Below, one piece after another: positions 63,568 through 64,000 of a stretch of 64,000 nt of DNA (positions within the stretch are counted from its first letter, which is position 1; each line of letters opens with the position of its first letter). The DNA is from Chiloscyllium plagiosum (taxonomy: Eukaryota), in NCBI RefSeq assembly GCF_004010195.1, contig NC_057753.1:6313277-6377276 (forward strand), read 5' to 3'. Below the pieces are notes generated by a model that did no database searches, was not told the origin of the DNA, and saw only the letters and a list, made by a program, of their open reading frames with translations. The position numbers were made by a program, and so were the translations under genes.

Positions 63568-64000
63568 TGACGCTCCATATGTGAAAGCTGAAGAGTAATT
63601 TGTACACATGTAGCATTGTGCACTTTTCTTGGAAAAATACACCGTGAGCTTAACATTTGAGCAGGTATTGGTCGAAAAATGTTGATCTGTAAAGGAACTT
63701 CTGGTCCTTGTCTTTTGTTTTCTTCTGCCCAGTCCACCGAGCAGCATGCAGGGCAGTCATTTCTGAAGTCAAGCTCCAAAACTGGGAATGGCCTTGGCAT
63801 CCCAATTAGAGTTTGCTTCGACTGAGCATTCCTTGCATGAGTTTTAGGAAAATAAGTGGACATCTCAGCGAGGTGGGTGGGTTAGACGGGATGCAGAGGC
63901 AATGATTTATCTGGCTGGGACATCTAAAACAAGTGGTCAGAGTCTGAAGTATAGGCAGGCCACTCTGCATTAACATGGGAATAATTGGTCTCACTCAGAC

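Overview
Eukaryotic, repeat-dense genomic DNA, most likely from a shark (elasmobranch). This is inferred from abundant HE1-type SINEs and HER1/CR1-type LINEs, and from a GPR139/GPR142-like first exon of the kind expanded in sharks. Most of the window is nested, decayed retroelements: CR1 LINEs (three long copies), Rex1/Babar-like LINE 3' ends, at least three Penelope-like element (PLE) families whose pseudo-LTRs carry minimal hammerhead ribozyme motifs, a decayed Gypsy element with the inverted Gmr1-type PR-IN-RT order, and probable solo LTRs. The only credible host coding exon is the GPR139-like exon 1 (44586-44724, +); its second exon is not visible in the window. Two very decayed segments may be adhesion-GPCR 7TM relics (low confidence). 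Non-TE structure includes a long, old 38-bp minisatellite whose unit carries an RFX X-box-like motif, two other diverged tandem arrays, several local tandem duplications and one 445-bp N gap. No intact novel protein-coding system was found. All family assignments come from motif recognition by eye, not database searches, and many boundaries are approximate (about +/-20-50 bp).
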